Shown piece by piece: positions 9,347 to 19,571 of a stretch of 25,951 bases of DNA. The notes beneath the pieces are model-generated. The model saw only the letters and a program-made list of their open reading frames with translations, did no database searches and was not told where the DNA came from. The stretch lies in assembly GCA_016906335.1 (NCBI GenBank), contig JADEYG010000001.1, forward strand, positions 1,736,001 through 1,761,951, written 5' to 3'. Position numbers and translations under genes: made by a program. Position 1 is the first letter of the stretch, and each line of letters begins with the position of its first letter. Origin of the DNA: Novakomyces olei. Taxonomy: Eukaryota.

Positions 9347-10723
9347 AGATACAACTGCTATGCACAGCAGTGTACAGATTGTTTTTTAGCGCATTGCGCA
9401 TTGGTGACTGGCTGACAAAAAAAGTAAATTTTGTCACAAAGTCAGAGTTGGCAGCGGCCTCGTCTACGCCAGCAACGAAACACTTCGAAAAGTACTGCTT
9501 GGCCTTTGATCTATTTAGCAGAAGCTAGATTGAAATTGCTATGAGGAAACATGTATGTTCTGAGCACATTCAGCCTGTAACGACACGATGACGCTACGCT
9601 GATAATGATTTGAGTCTGTCGGTCCGCAAAAGAGGGAACAATTATCTTGAAACCTGCATGACCGCTCATATTAGTCTGGCAATTATACATGCTAGCTATA
9701 GTAACATAAATTATGTCTTCCCACCTGTATTGATGCAGTTCAATGTAGAGGAAACAAAAAATAGGTAGGTGAGATGTAGTTCTTATCACGCGGTTCCAAT
9801 ATCTATTAATGAGCTAATTTACATTCATGAATTAATGCCCAGTAGTCTATTTATATGATAGGTGATAGGACCCTATCCTGATAATCCAAAGGCAGATTAT
9901 CATAAGCTAGCGTTTGGACTATAACCCTTGACCCTGCAATACAACTAAAGCATTACTAACTTGTACTCACTAAAGGTACCCTTTTTACCTTTTTGGGTAT
10001 TATCTTGGGTCCCTTGACCTTCTGCCCCTGTAAAGCTGGCCTTCAAGGAGCCATCCTTTGTCTCGTCAGTAGCCTGTAAATTAGAGGCTTGTTCTTCAAC
10101 CCGTGTTCTTCAACAGAACTTATTTGTTTAATTAACTGTTTTTATCCCGTTGAAACTATCTTACGTTGTCTAAGTACACGACAAGGTTACAAGCAAGCGC
10201 GAACTGGTATTAATAATTAATTCAATAACTTTGACCGCTAACATATATTTATCGCTATATTGTATGTTGTATAATATGTTGAGCAATTGGAACACGAGAA
10301 TAAAGTGAATTAGCTGCCCAAGATTAAAAGATTCTATGGACCGTGTTTATACAAAATAAATAGACACTTAAACCATCATATGAAGGATCACACCAACATA
10401 GATGAGATCGATCAATATCAAAAGTAGTTCAGCATAATGTAAGTAAGCTTTCTTGTGCGTCCCCTTTCTCGTACCAATAAATAAGACGCGTTCCCGGGTG
10501 CGCCCACGGATAGGCTTATCGCTGGTGAGCGCCCAAATTTACTTGTTTGTCCATGCGGACACTATTACGGAGACAGGTATGGGCCCAATCCATCGGCATT
10601 CCGAGCCCGAAACTTGGGGTTGAGCCGCTCCGAGAGCCTCTAGATAAATTATGGTTGAGCCCAGTTAGAACCCGTGCTGATCTTGGAACCCGTCCCTATT
10701 CCCTATCAGCACGCAAGACAACG

Positions 10724-11710
10724 ATGCTTCCGCAAAGTATAACGTTGGAAGAGCACTTTATGTCGCGTGCAGCCTCGTCTTCCGCTCGTGCTCAAGAAGA
10801 TCCCCTTAACAAGTTCCCTCCTCAATTCAAAGAAAAGCTGGCTGATCTTCACGAGCATCGGCTCCAAGAGATGGATGACAATGGTGTCGCTATTCAAGTG
10901 GTATCGCACAGTCCAAGTTCGCATCTCTCCGCCGAGGAGATAAGGCAGAGTAATGACGAACTTTTTTCTGCTGTCTGTGCCAATCCCACGAGACTGGCTG
11001 GATTTGCCAACCTGTATATGCTGGACCCCGCTGTTGCAACTAACGAACTCGGTCGATGTGTGAATGACCTGGGATTTGTCGGTGCGCTGGTGGACAACCA
11101 TGCTGAAGGCAATTTCTACGATGGGGCCAACTATAGGCAGCTTTGGGCAAAGGCTCAAGAGCTAGACGTTCCCATCTACTTGCATCCTACTTGGCCCAGT
11201 GAGGATATGAAGACTGCAATGTATTCTGGCGGCAATTTAGAGTCCAACCCTCTCGCAGCCATGGCTATTGGTGCGTTTGGGTTTGGGTGGCACGCGAGTA
11301 CTGCCACGACTGTTCTTCGTCTCATAGCCGCTAGAGTCTTTGACGAGTACCCTAGACTCAAGATTATTATCGGCCATTTTGGAGAATTGCTTCCGTACAT
11401 GTTCTCCCGGATTGATCGGACAGTTGGCCGTATGTTTGGCGTAGACCGTGGGTTTACTCAAATCATGCACAATAATGTATGGATCACTACGTCGGGAATG
11501 TTTGATACGAATCCTCTGCGATGCTTGCTTGGATGCATGCCTTTGGACAGAGTCCTCTTCAGCGTAGATTATCCTTTCAGCGACAATGGCATGGGAAAGA
11601 ACTTTTTGCAGTCTATTCAAAGCGAACGAGTGCTAAACGATGATGAACTTCAGCGCTTTGCGTATCAAAATGCTATGAATCTTTTGTTCAGGGGGAAGGC
11701 TCTAAAATAG
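10724..11710 (+). CDS. Amidohydrolase-2 family metal-dependent decarboxylase (2,3-dihydroxybenzoate/salicylate decarboxylase-like), ~328 aa
   Basis: ITLEEHF near the N-terminus, VPIYLHP, IIIGHFGE and LFSVDYPF. The ATG at 10724 places the ExH motif at the usual distance from the start. The substrate cannot be determined. Confidence 0.88.
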   Translation: MLPQSITLEEHFMSRAASSSARAQEDPLNKFPPQFKEKLADLHEHRLQEMDDNGVAIQVVSHSPSSHLSAEEIRQSNDELFSAVCANPTRLAGFANLYMLDPAVATNELGRCVNDLGFVGALVDNHAEGNFYDGANYRQLWAKAQELDVPIYLHPTWPSEDMKTAMYSGGNLESNPLAAMAIGAFGFGWHASTATTVLRLIAARVFDEYPRLKIIIGHFGELLPYMFSRIDRTVGRMFGVDRGFTQIMHNNVWITTSGMFDTNPLRCLLGCMPLDRVLFSVDYPFSDNGMGKNFLQSIQSERVLNDDELQRFAYQNAMNLLFRGKALK

Positions 11711-12651
11711 TTTGGAGTATTGCATCATAAGCATTTCACTGGGCTCAACGCCGGCTTGCATATCGGTGTCTGCGGGCTGTCCGAAGACGATCTATACGCT
11801 TGTGAATCGTCCGTATGCCGCAGCCAAGCAACACCGTACACATGCCAGTACGTTCTTTGCTTCTCCATATCTGCTATGTTTAAATAATTCGTATAGAACT
11901 AAAATATGGTATTTACGTCCAGAAATTTACCCGTGGAGGATTCGTTGGCTGAATTAGTATAGTTTATTTTGACCTGGCGAAGTCGCTAACGCCATTTACA
12001 AATAATGGTTTTCGAATATTGAAATAATTTCGCGTAGGCAAGCAACTTTTAACTACTCAGATTTCTCTTTCTGGCATGAGCGTGCCTGTATTTCGCTGCA
12101 GTACAGAAAACGAGTACTTAAACTGTAAAATTTAGTATACTTTAAATTCCCATTATTCTCCCTTCTTTTCGATTCTTGTAGTTCTCTGTACAGTTGATTG
12201 GCTTAATGGTGCATTTAGATATTTAGCAAACGAAAGCCAAGATTAGGTCAAATAATATAGCAGAATATGCTTAGACCCACTATCATCTAGAGCATTTGCG
12301 GTATTTGTAGTAATCAGAAAATTCGTTTTATGCGAAAGAAAAAAAAGAGAAAGCCTCAAACCTCGAGTCCGGGATTTCCAAAAGGCTATAATACACGGCC
12401 TTCTGAACTTAATACCGGAGACTATTCAGTTTCAATTCTCCTGTTTCTTTGCAGGTACAATCATTGCTCTGATCCATTTTTCCATATTGCTTTTTATATC
12501 ACTTTATTTTGTTACAACGTATATGATCTGTTATAATACAAGCAAGTATTAAGGAAGCTCTATTTACGCGTCGGAGGCATTCTTCAACTTTTGGTTTCGA
12601 TCATACAGTTCTATATGTGGCAATACTTACTTTTTAGAAGAAGCAAAGCTT

Positions 12652-15068
12652 ATGTCCGATATGGTTCGGGCTGTTCCACCAGATACGCAGGTATCTGTCA
12701 TTGAGCGGCATCCTCTGTCTGACCAGTTGGACATTTTGAGAAGCAGAATTAAATGTAAACTGCCGACTTTATATTCACGAGCAAGGCGTGTTAAACGCAA
12801 CGGTATTCTTGTCGAGTCAGATATGCGCCAAGTCTTAGAGTTTGTGCGCTCAGCAATTGAGGTTGATGGTAAAAGCCTGTGCATTCAAGATAGTATTTTA
12901 CCACTAATACAATAAAAAAGACTCAAAACAGATTATTCATGATTTGCTTGATACAATATCAAAAGCAGATCAGCAAGTGGTTCACAACGAAGGTGCAATA
13001 TGCTCTGAGCTTGCATCACTCGCTTCATTATGGGTGCGAGAGACTCACACTCTGGCTTACCTTTTTCCTCAGGTTGCACGGCTTATTGCAGCAGTAGTAG
13101 CAAAATTACCAGATAAAGACATTTGGACTTTTGTGCTCGAGCTATTAGTCTCGCACCAAGAGAAGACTGCTCAGATATTGTCTCTGGCCCAACCGGAAGA
13201 GATGTTGTGGCCAAGAACCCCTGCGAAGCGAGTCAAGTTGTCAAATACTCAGATTACTCCTTTGAGATACAGTAGTGCATCATCTACGAGTGTTCGTTTC
13301 TCAGTCGACCAGAATTTACGCCTGGAATTTAGAGGGAGACTGTTCAGGAATATGCCAGGATTTTTTGAAGCCTATTTTGCAAAGCCAAAGTGGAAACATA
13401 AAGCCGATGGTTTGCAAGGCCGACTGCCTGACTGGCCTAGCAATACGTCAGAGAGTCAGCTTTTGGCATGGTTCGATAAGTTCAATGAGGTGGCAAAATT
13501 GCCAAGCTTATTTTATTTCTCTGGTAATTCAGCCCTGATTTCGGAGCTTGATACCCGACGGAAATGCGATGTTTTTGTGCAGTTTAGCGGTACAGCACAG
13601 ACTTCGGGATCTTACCGATGGGAAGACGTCCTTGTCGTGGGAGAGCTCAAAAATACTTATTACAATAGCAATTTATCTGCGGAATCGGTTGTGCAATTGA
13701 TGGGGTATGTAAGAGAGGTGTTTGCAACACAGCCCACTCGGCGTTTTGTGCATGCGTTCCTGATCAACAAAAATATAATGTGGTGCTTTCTATTTGACAG
13801 AGGAGGAGGTATAATTAGCGAGCCGGTTGACAGCCGAATGGAGCGCAGCAAGTTTATCCAAATTCTTGTTTCGTATTGCAGTATGGACCCTAAGGAGTGG
13901 GGTTATGATCCGACAGTCCGGACATCAAGAGGGATTTACGTATCGCCGCAAAGGGCACAGGGTTTAAGGCCATTTGTTAGTGTGGGTGGAACTCGCTATT
14001 ATATCGAGCGGGACCCTATCTACATTGTTGCAGCAATTGCGAGCAGAGGAACATTGGTGAGACGGGCAAGGGGTCCGAATGGGAAAGTGTATATAATCAA
14101 GGACATATGGAGATCCTGGTACCGTGAATCAGAGGGTGCGTTGCTTAAATGTGCGGAGCAGCGAGGAGCAAAAGGGATGCCAAAGTGTGTCTGTTATGAG
14201 GACGTGCAAGTTGATGGCATCGTAGACAGAATTGTGGAAAACGTTAGAACGGGCCTTAGTCATACGGGTTTGAAACCATTCAAGTTCGATCTGAAAGTGC
14301 AAATGGATGAAAGCACAGTCGATAATGAGGGGAATGAAGCAGATGACCCCGGCTGGGATCGGGTTCATACGCGGATCGTATTAGAAACTGAGGGAAGAAA
14401 TATTTACAGGCACCGCAGTGAGCAAGAGCTTTTAGAGGCGTTCCGCGATGCGATAAAAGGTATGTATAAAAGCAAAATGACAAGCGACATTAACATACAT
14501 AGTGCACAAATCGCTATACATGGATGGGAGAATTCTCCATAGGGATATTTCAATAAATAACATAATGATCCGCCACGAAGTGGAAGAAGGATTAAAAGGT
14601 TTTCTAATAGATTTGGACCTAGCGAAGGACTTGACGAAACAAACAGATAACCCTGCTGATCGACACCGGACCGGGACGAGAATGTTTATGGCAATAGAGC
14701 TTCTGATGGAGCCAGTATATCACACGTACCGACATGATCTAGAATCATTTTTGTACGTGCTTATATGGATTTGCGTGAACTACACATGTGATGGTCAGAA
14801 AAGAAAGCCGCGGCCTACAATTCTCGATGGATGGTCAGATAAGGTGGCGAAATATGTAAAGTTTTCGCAGATGACAATTCCAAAAGAATTTGATAAACTA
14901 ATGGCGGTGTTTGAAGGATATAAACAGCTACATAAAGTCGCCGCCGGCATGCGGATGATTTTATTTCCTATCAAAAATGGCCCTTTTCTAGGCACTGATT
15001 CAGAGAATGAAGATGCCGTGTATGCCGACATATTGAAAGTATGCGATAGTGCACTTGGACAGTTCTGA
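12652..15068 (+). CDS. FunK1 fungal-type protein kinase with upstream PD-(D/E)xK nuclease-like domain, 3 exons (12652-12868, 12921-14459, 14503-15068), ~773 aa
   Basis: RKCDVF..VLVVGELK..QL.GY.REVF..QP.RRFV.AF, GYDPT, IASRGT, IKDIW, HRDISINN, DLD and TGT..FMA. Intron 14460-14502 (GTATGT..TTAAC..TAG) joins AIK to VHKSL in frame. Intron 12869-12920 (GTAAAA..CTAAT..AAG) is in frame but less certain. Confidence 0.88.
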
Positions 15069-15344
15069 GAGGCGCGGAAAATAACAGTAAATCAATGCCT
15101 ATCTATGTCGAAATTTTCAAGAAAATAGATCACGAAAGTACGGGAATGGGAGCTGAACTTGCTCTATATAGCATAGCAAAATATCTTAGCAATGAATCAT
15201 TAATAACCGTGAGTCTGAATATAGGAATTCTACGCCTAACGGCTTTTATTTGCGGGTTAGTGCTGTGATAAAGGGACGGAAAGCCGTGAAGGGGCCCGTA
15301 CGGCTGGCCATTCTCCAGAAAGTATAGATCTAGCTCTGACTCGC

Positions 15345-15640
15345 CTATACATATTCCAGCGCGCATTACGCCGCAAAATCAATAATTTGTTATGTGATTA
15401 TTATAGCATTGAAAATTGGACAGGGTTTTCGGTTTGATTTTGCGGCGTAATGCGGTCCAAAAAATAAATTAATGTATGAGGGGGGGGTCATGCTAATTAC
15501 CTTAACATACGCGCGAATTACGGCGTAATGTAAATAAGAAATGCAGTAGAAATTTGGAGGGAGGGTTTTCAGAGACGGATTTTACTGCATAATGCGCCGT
15601 TAATGTATGGGAAAAAGCGCGGGTATGTTAAGGTAATTCA
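15345..15640 (+). repeat. Subtelomeric double-hairpin element, internal diverged copy A
   Basis: Colinear with 24114-24412 and shares ATTAATGTATGAGGGGGGGGTCATGC. Stems are 15362-15382/15434-15454 (21/21) and 15495-15515/15618-15638 (20/21). Confidence 0.85.
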
Positions 15641-15649
15641 CAGTGGAGG

Positions 15650-15796
15650 CTATACATATTCCAGCGCGCATTACGCCTAGATATATTCAAGACGGAATTA
15701 TGGCGAAATTCCATTTTTATGTAATGTGATTCTTATTATGTATAATTCTAGTCAGGGTTTTCGCTTTTCCTTTACGCCATAATTCCATTTCGAAAA
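15650..15796 (+). repeat. Truncated second unit of the hairpin element: 28 bp of copy A fused to 120 bp of copy B type
   Basis: 15650-15677 is identical to 15345-15372. 15677-15796 matches 24114-24233 at 118 of 120 positions. Confidence 0.9.
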
Positions 15797-17370
15797 CTTT
15801 TACCTCTTTGCGGTCACAAAATGTACCAATCTTTGTCATACGGCTGGGCCAGCACAATGCTAGGTCTGATTGCGCTTATTCTTTCGGCTACGCCTTATGC
15901 ATTTGCAATTTTTTTAAGGAGGCATGATGCAACATTGGTCGAAAATGGTATTTGAAGGAGCAATTCGGGTTCCTCAGCTAGAAATGCTAGTGGGGTTACA
16001 GAGAAAGCTAATCAAACCATTTTACAGGTATGAACACTAGATACAGAAAATACTGGCGCAGCGAGCCCAATTATCCCGAATTCTGATAGACGTTGATCAA
16101 AGCTTGGCTCCCGGAAACTACCAGCATTATTCTGACGGGGGCACGCTTAAATGAATACGTCTTTTAGAATATTAATTATATGCTGGCGCTAATGCAATAG
16201 TTCATGTCTTTCCTTTCTCATCTGCGCTGTAAGCTGCCCTTGAGAGACGTCATGAGTCTGAAGGCCACACTCATGTGAAAACATGTTGGCTTCTGCCATC
16301 ACTAGTTGCCATATGGTCATGATAAAGAAGCGGGAATAGGCGCTACTATTCTGCATAAGAGTCACTACGAATGGCATCAGGGATTACAACGGGCAAGCTT
16401 GTAGGCGGGATCATACTGGCGCGATTGTTTGGCTGTGAGCATTGACTAGATAGATCAAAGATGGACTGCATCTTTGATCATGCTTGATTGCCCTTGGCTT
16501 TTTGCTTGTCCCGACCTCCTAAAATAACTTCAGACCAGGAAAAGAATCACAAGGTATTCGGTTTCTGCCGCCCTTATTCGCTCCGTCTACCTTCGGATAA
16601 AGCTTCCGAGCTCGTAAATACTCAGACAATTCGTTGTGAGTAGTCACTTATTACCCTCGAGGGCCATGAAAGCATTATTTAATCGATTCCTGTGGGTCAC
16701 ATATTTTCGTTTTGCTTGCCTGGTAGAACCGCTGAACAAGTAGACAAAAGCGGAAATATAGCAAGAACGAGAGACGGGGAAGCGGGTAAAAACCCAATTT
16801 GTCAATTACTCCTTTTATGTAACCGGAAGTTGGTCAGACTGCCCAAACTATATCACTCTGGAAGGATTTTGTCAAAGTTAGATGTGTAGACGAAGAAATG
16901 TATAAGATGCTCCTGAGGACGCGATTATGCTCCTCGATTCGTGTCATTGCTGCTGTTCTATGTGTCTTGCAACGACGACTATTCATTCTCAAGTTCGATC
17001 TGTGTAGACAAGCGTTGACTTAATTGGTATGGCCTGTCAAGCCATCGCTCGGTGCTATGATTTTTTTTGGTAGCATAGAGCCAAGGAAAGGTTGAGTAAA
17101 GAAGGTAAAAATAATTTAGACCTCTATTTCCATCGTCCATGTAGAAAAAATTATCTCCAATTCACCGTTTCGTCTACTTTTGAGGCTCAAGGGTTGGCTT
17201 GTCCCAGCGGGACGGTGTTACACTCAGCAATAAGATTTTCCAGCTTCTCCCTAATACTTCGCACCACAAACTCAATTGACGCTCTTTCTATTCATCGATA
17301 TTTCGTCGGGTCGGCTACCTTTTAACGTGAACTTTTCCAGTTTAATATATGGGCAATGTACTAGTGCGTT

Positions 17371-17487
17371 CTGACATTTCGCCGAAATATCAGTTATAGG
17401 GTTTTCTTGATTTTTAGACTGCAATTATTATACAAAACAATATACTAACTGACATTTCGTCGAAATGTCGCTAGTAATAATAACTAG
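17371..17487. promoter_or_regulatory. Two palindromic GACATTTCG-N-CGAAATGTC motifs upstream of HNH gene 2
   Basis: 17371-17393 is CTGACATTTCGCCGAAATATCAG and 17451-17469 is a perfect GACATTTCG-T-CGAAATGTC. A third copy lies at 23971-23989. The regulatory role is inferred. Confidence 0.55.
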
Positions 17488-17653
17488 GATCCTACGTTTA
17501 GTGCAGCGTCACGTCCTAAGGATCAAAAGTAATAATGCTGGATCTTATTTAGAGCCAATATGTTAAAATATTTACAAAAATCAATATGCGATTATGAAAT
17601 TTTGACCTTGGCTTCACCCTCGACGAACCCTGGCAAAACTGTGGACTCTGGGG

Positions 17654-18448
17654 ATGAAGAGCAATACAAGCGAGCTAAGTGCGATAAGCTGGGGCGCTGA
17701 GGGGATTGCAACCCTTGTTTCAAAAGATGGAGCCACAATAGCGGCGGTTCCGATTCAGTTCACAAATGCAGACCCTCATCCCGTCAACACAGCAGCTTAC
17801 CTGTACGATGTTGCGCGGCGGTTGATATCCAACTTTAAAGTGGAGGATATCATTCAGCGGGGTGGGAGCACCGTTAACCCGCAAGATCCGCTTACTTCTG
17901 GCATATACGCGGTGGATATGCTATTAGACAATATTGAACATCGTCCCGGTCCACAAGGGAAGTCGTACCACAAACGATTTTCTGATGCGGATAGTTCATC
18001 AACTGTCAGCCGGTCGTCGCGTTCGTCTCAAGCGCAGACGTACTTTCGCGAGGATCTTCTTTTGCGTGATGGACGTTGCGTCTTCACAGAAGCCAGAGGG
18101 CGTACCGCTGTTGTTGCGTGCCACATTGTTCCCTACAGTCTCGGCGACACGTACCTTTCGGAAATACTGGGAAACCAACAGTTCTCTGGTATTTACTCTT
18201 CTTCGAACGGACTGCTCATGAGGAGGGATATCCATTTCTGTTACGACAGATATCTCCTAGGGTTCTATCGGATTGCGCCAAATGTATACGTTATTCATTC
18301 CTTTGGGACGGGCTACCGTGAACTTCACGGAAAAATCGTGGATTTTAACATCGAGCCCGGCGATCCTTCTATACCACCTAATGAAACACTCATGGCTTGG
18401 CACTATTCTCAATGTCTTATGGCAAGGATGCGTCCGTTTGTGGTTTAA
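17654..18448 (+). CDS. HNH endonuclease-domain protein, paralog 2 (264 aa)
   Basis: FRE.LL.RD.RCVFT, ACHIVPYSLG, NGLLM..DIH..YD and LMAWHYSQC. It shares GPQGKS, STVSRSSRSS and ACHIVPYSLG exactly with 8516..9346. Confidence 0.87.
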   Translation: MKSNTSELSAISWGAEGIATLVSKDGATIAAVPIQFTNADPHPVNTAAYLYDVARRLISNFKVEDIIQRGGSTVNPQDPLTSGIYAVDMLLDNIEHRPGPQGKSYHKRFSDADSSSTVSRSSRSSQAQTYFREDLLLRDGRCVFTEARGRTAVVACHIVPYSLGDTYLSEILGNQQFSGIYSSSNGLLMRRDIHFCYDRYLLGFYRIAPNVYVIHSFGTGYRELHGKIVDFNIEPGDPSIPPNETLMAWHYSQCLMARMRPFVV

Positions 18449-18980
18449 TGAGCGGGTGCGATTCGTGCTTCGACCCTGTTGGACAATTCAACAGTATATT
18501 CTCATCCCAGGGCTCACTATTATGAGGAAGCTTTATGTTTTTAATGAAGCCTGGGTTTATGGGTATTCTACCCTATGTCTTATAATCGAAGACTGTGTAA
18601 TCTTCTAGGGTTTCAAATGACCCTGCGGTGGGCTCTTTGGCCAAATTTTCGCCAATTTTTGATGCAGGTTTGTCGCTGCGCAGATTAAAAAGGCATGCCG
18701 ACAAGCTGCTTATCCGGCTGCAAGTTCGGCATGTATGTCCTACTGAAAGAGCCATTCATGTGGGCTGCTGGGGTACTGAGCTTCTTATTGGTGACGGGCA
18801 CGATTGCCTCACAACTACTCTGCTGCTCCCGCTTGTGTCAAAGGACTCAGACATCAGCGCGCGCAGGTCGCCGCCCTCCCTGTATGCCAACAGCAGCTTT
18901 TATGCCGATGTGCTGTTTTGTGCAGTAATGCGATCAGTGCCGGAACCACATCAACGCTCGCCGTAAAGTCATAATATCAG

Positions 18981-19571
18981 ATGCGATTCTGCAGCGCCCT
19001 GCACGACCCATACTTTCATACTCTGCGCGTGGACTCTGTTACGCGAGCAATCAGCGTAGACAGCGAAGCAGTAGCGCTTTTCATTGGTGTAAATTTAACA
19101 TTCTCCCAGATAGCAGATGATTTATGGGATTTTGGTACAGTGCGTAATGGAAACACTGCACAAAGTCCCGTAAAGCCTACACCTGCCCTTGAACTTGATG
19201 ATGAGTTGGATCCTACAGTGCTGCAACACCTGCAGATTTCCGAGAATACCACAATCAAGCCTGCACGCACCGAGCCGCCAAAAGCTACCGACGCTTTAAA
19301 TAGGACAATGACGGTTACTGGCTTGAATAAGGGAAAAGATACCAATGAAAGTAAACCTAAAGTTGCTGAACAGACAAGTGACGACTGGCTATCGCTGTCA
19401 GAATCAACTTTTCATTTAGATAAGCGCGACCGTCTGCTCGAGACACTAAAGCGCCTGCGGCAAAGTGAGGACGCAAAAGTTTTGCACGCTGCTCAATTGC
19501 TTGCTGATGCCATAACTGCAAGTGAAAAGGAGTGCCCCGATATTTTAACGCGTTTGCTCCACGATGTATAG
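18981..19571 (+). CDS. Hypothetical protein (196 aa, possibly the last exon of a longer gene)
   Basis: A long ORF with protein-like composition: a low-complexity middle and a predicted helical C-terminus. CAG immediately precedes the ATG, so it may splice from upstream (candidate donor at 18925). No family recognised. Confidence 0.5.
   Translation: MRFCSALHDPYFHTLRVDSVTRAISVDSEAVALFIGVNLTFSQIADDLWDFGTVRNGNTAQSPVKPTPALELDDELDPTVLQHLQISENTTIKPARTEPPKATDALNRTMTVTGLNKGKDTNESKPKVAEQTSDDWLSLSESTFHLDKRDRLLETLKRLRQSEDAKVLHAAQLLADAITASEKECPDILTRLLHDV

Noticed and set aside
12040-12095. Faint resemblance to the start of 5.8S rRNA (AACTTT…TTCTGGCAT)
   Set aside because: Only short word matches; the conserved GATGAAGAACGCAGC core is absent.
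14460-14502. Apparent frameshift splitting kinase 1 into two ORFs (pseudogene)
   Set aside because: A canonical 43-nt intron restores the frame exactly.
16453-16479. Perfect 11-bp hairpin GATCAAAGATG-GACTG-CATCTTTGATC
   Set aside because: It is a single isolated occurrence with no second copy or supporting context such as a Helitron CTRR end.
15800-17330. Short ORFs and a possible decayed gene between the modules
   Set aside because: No recognisable motif or consistent frame; it cannot be supported without a search.
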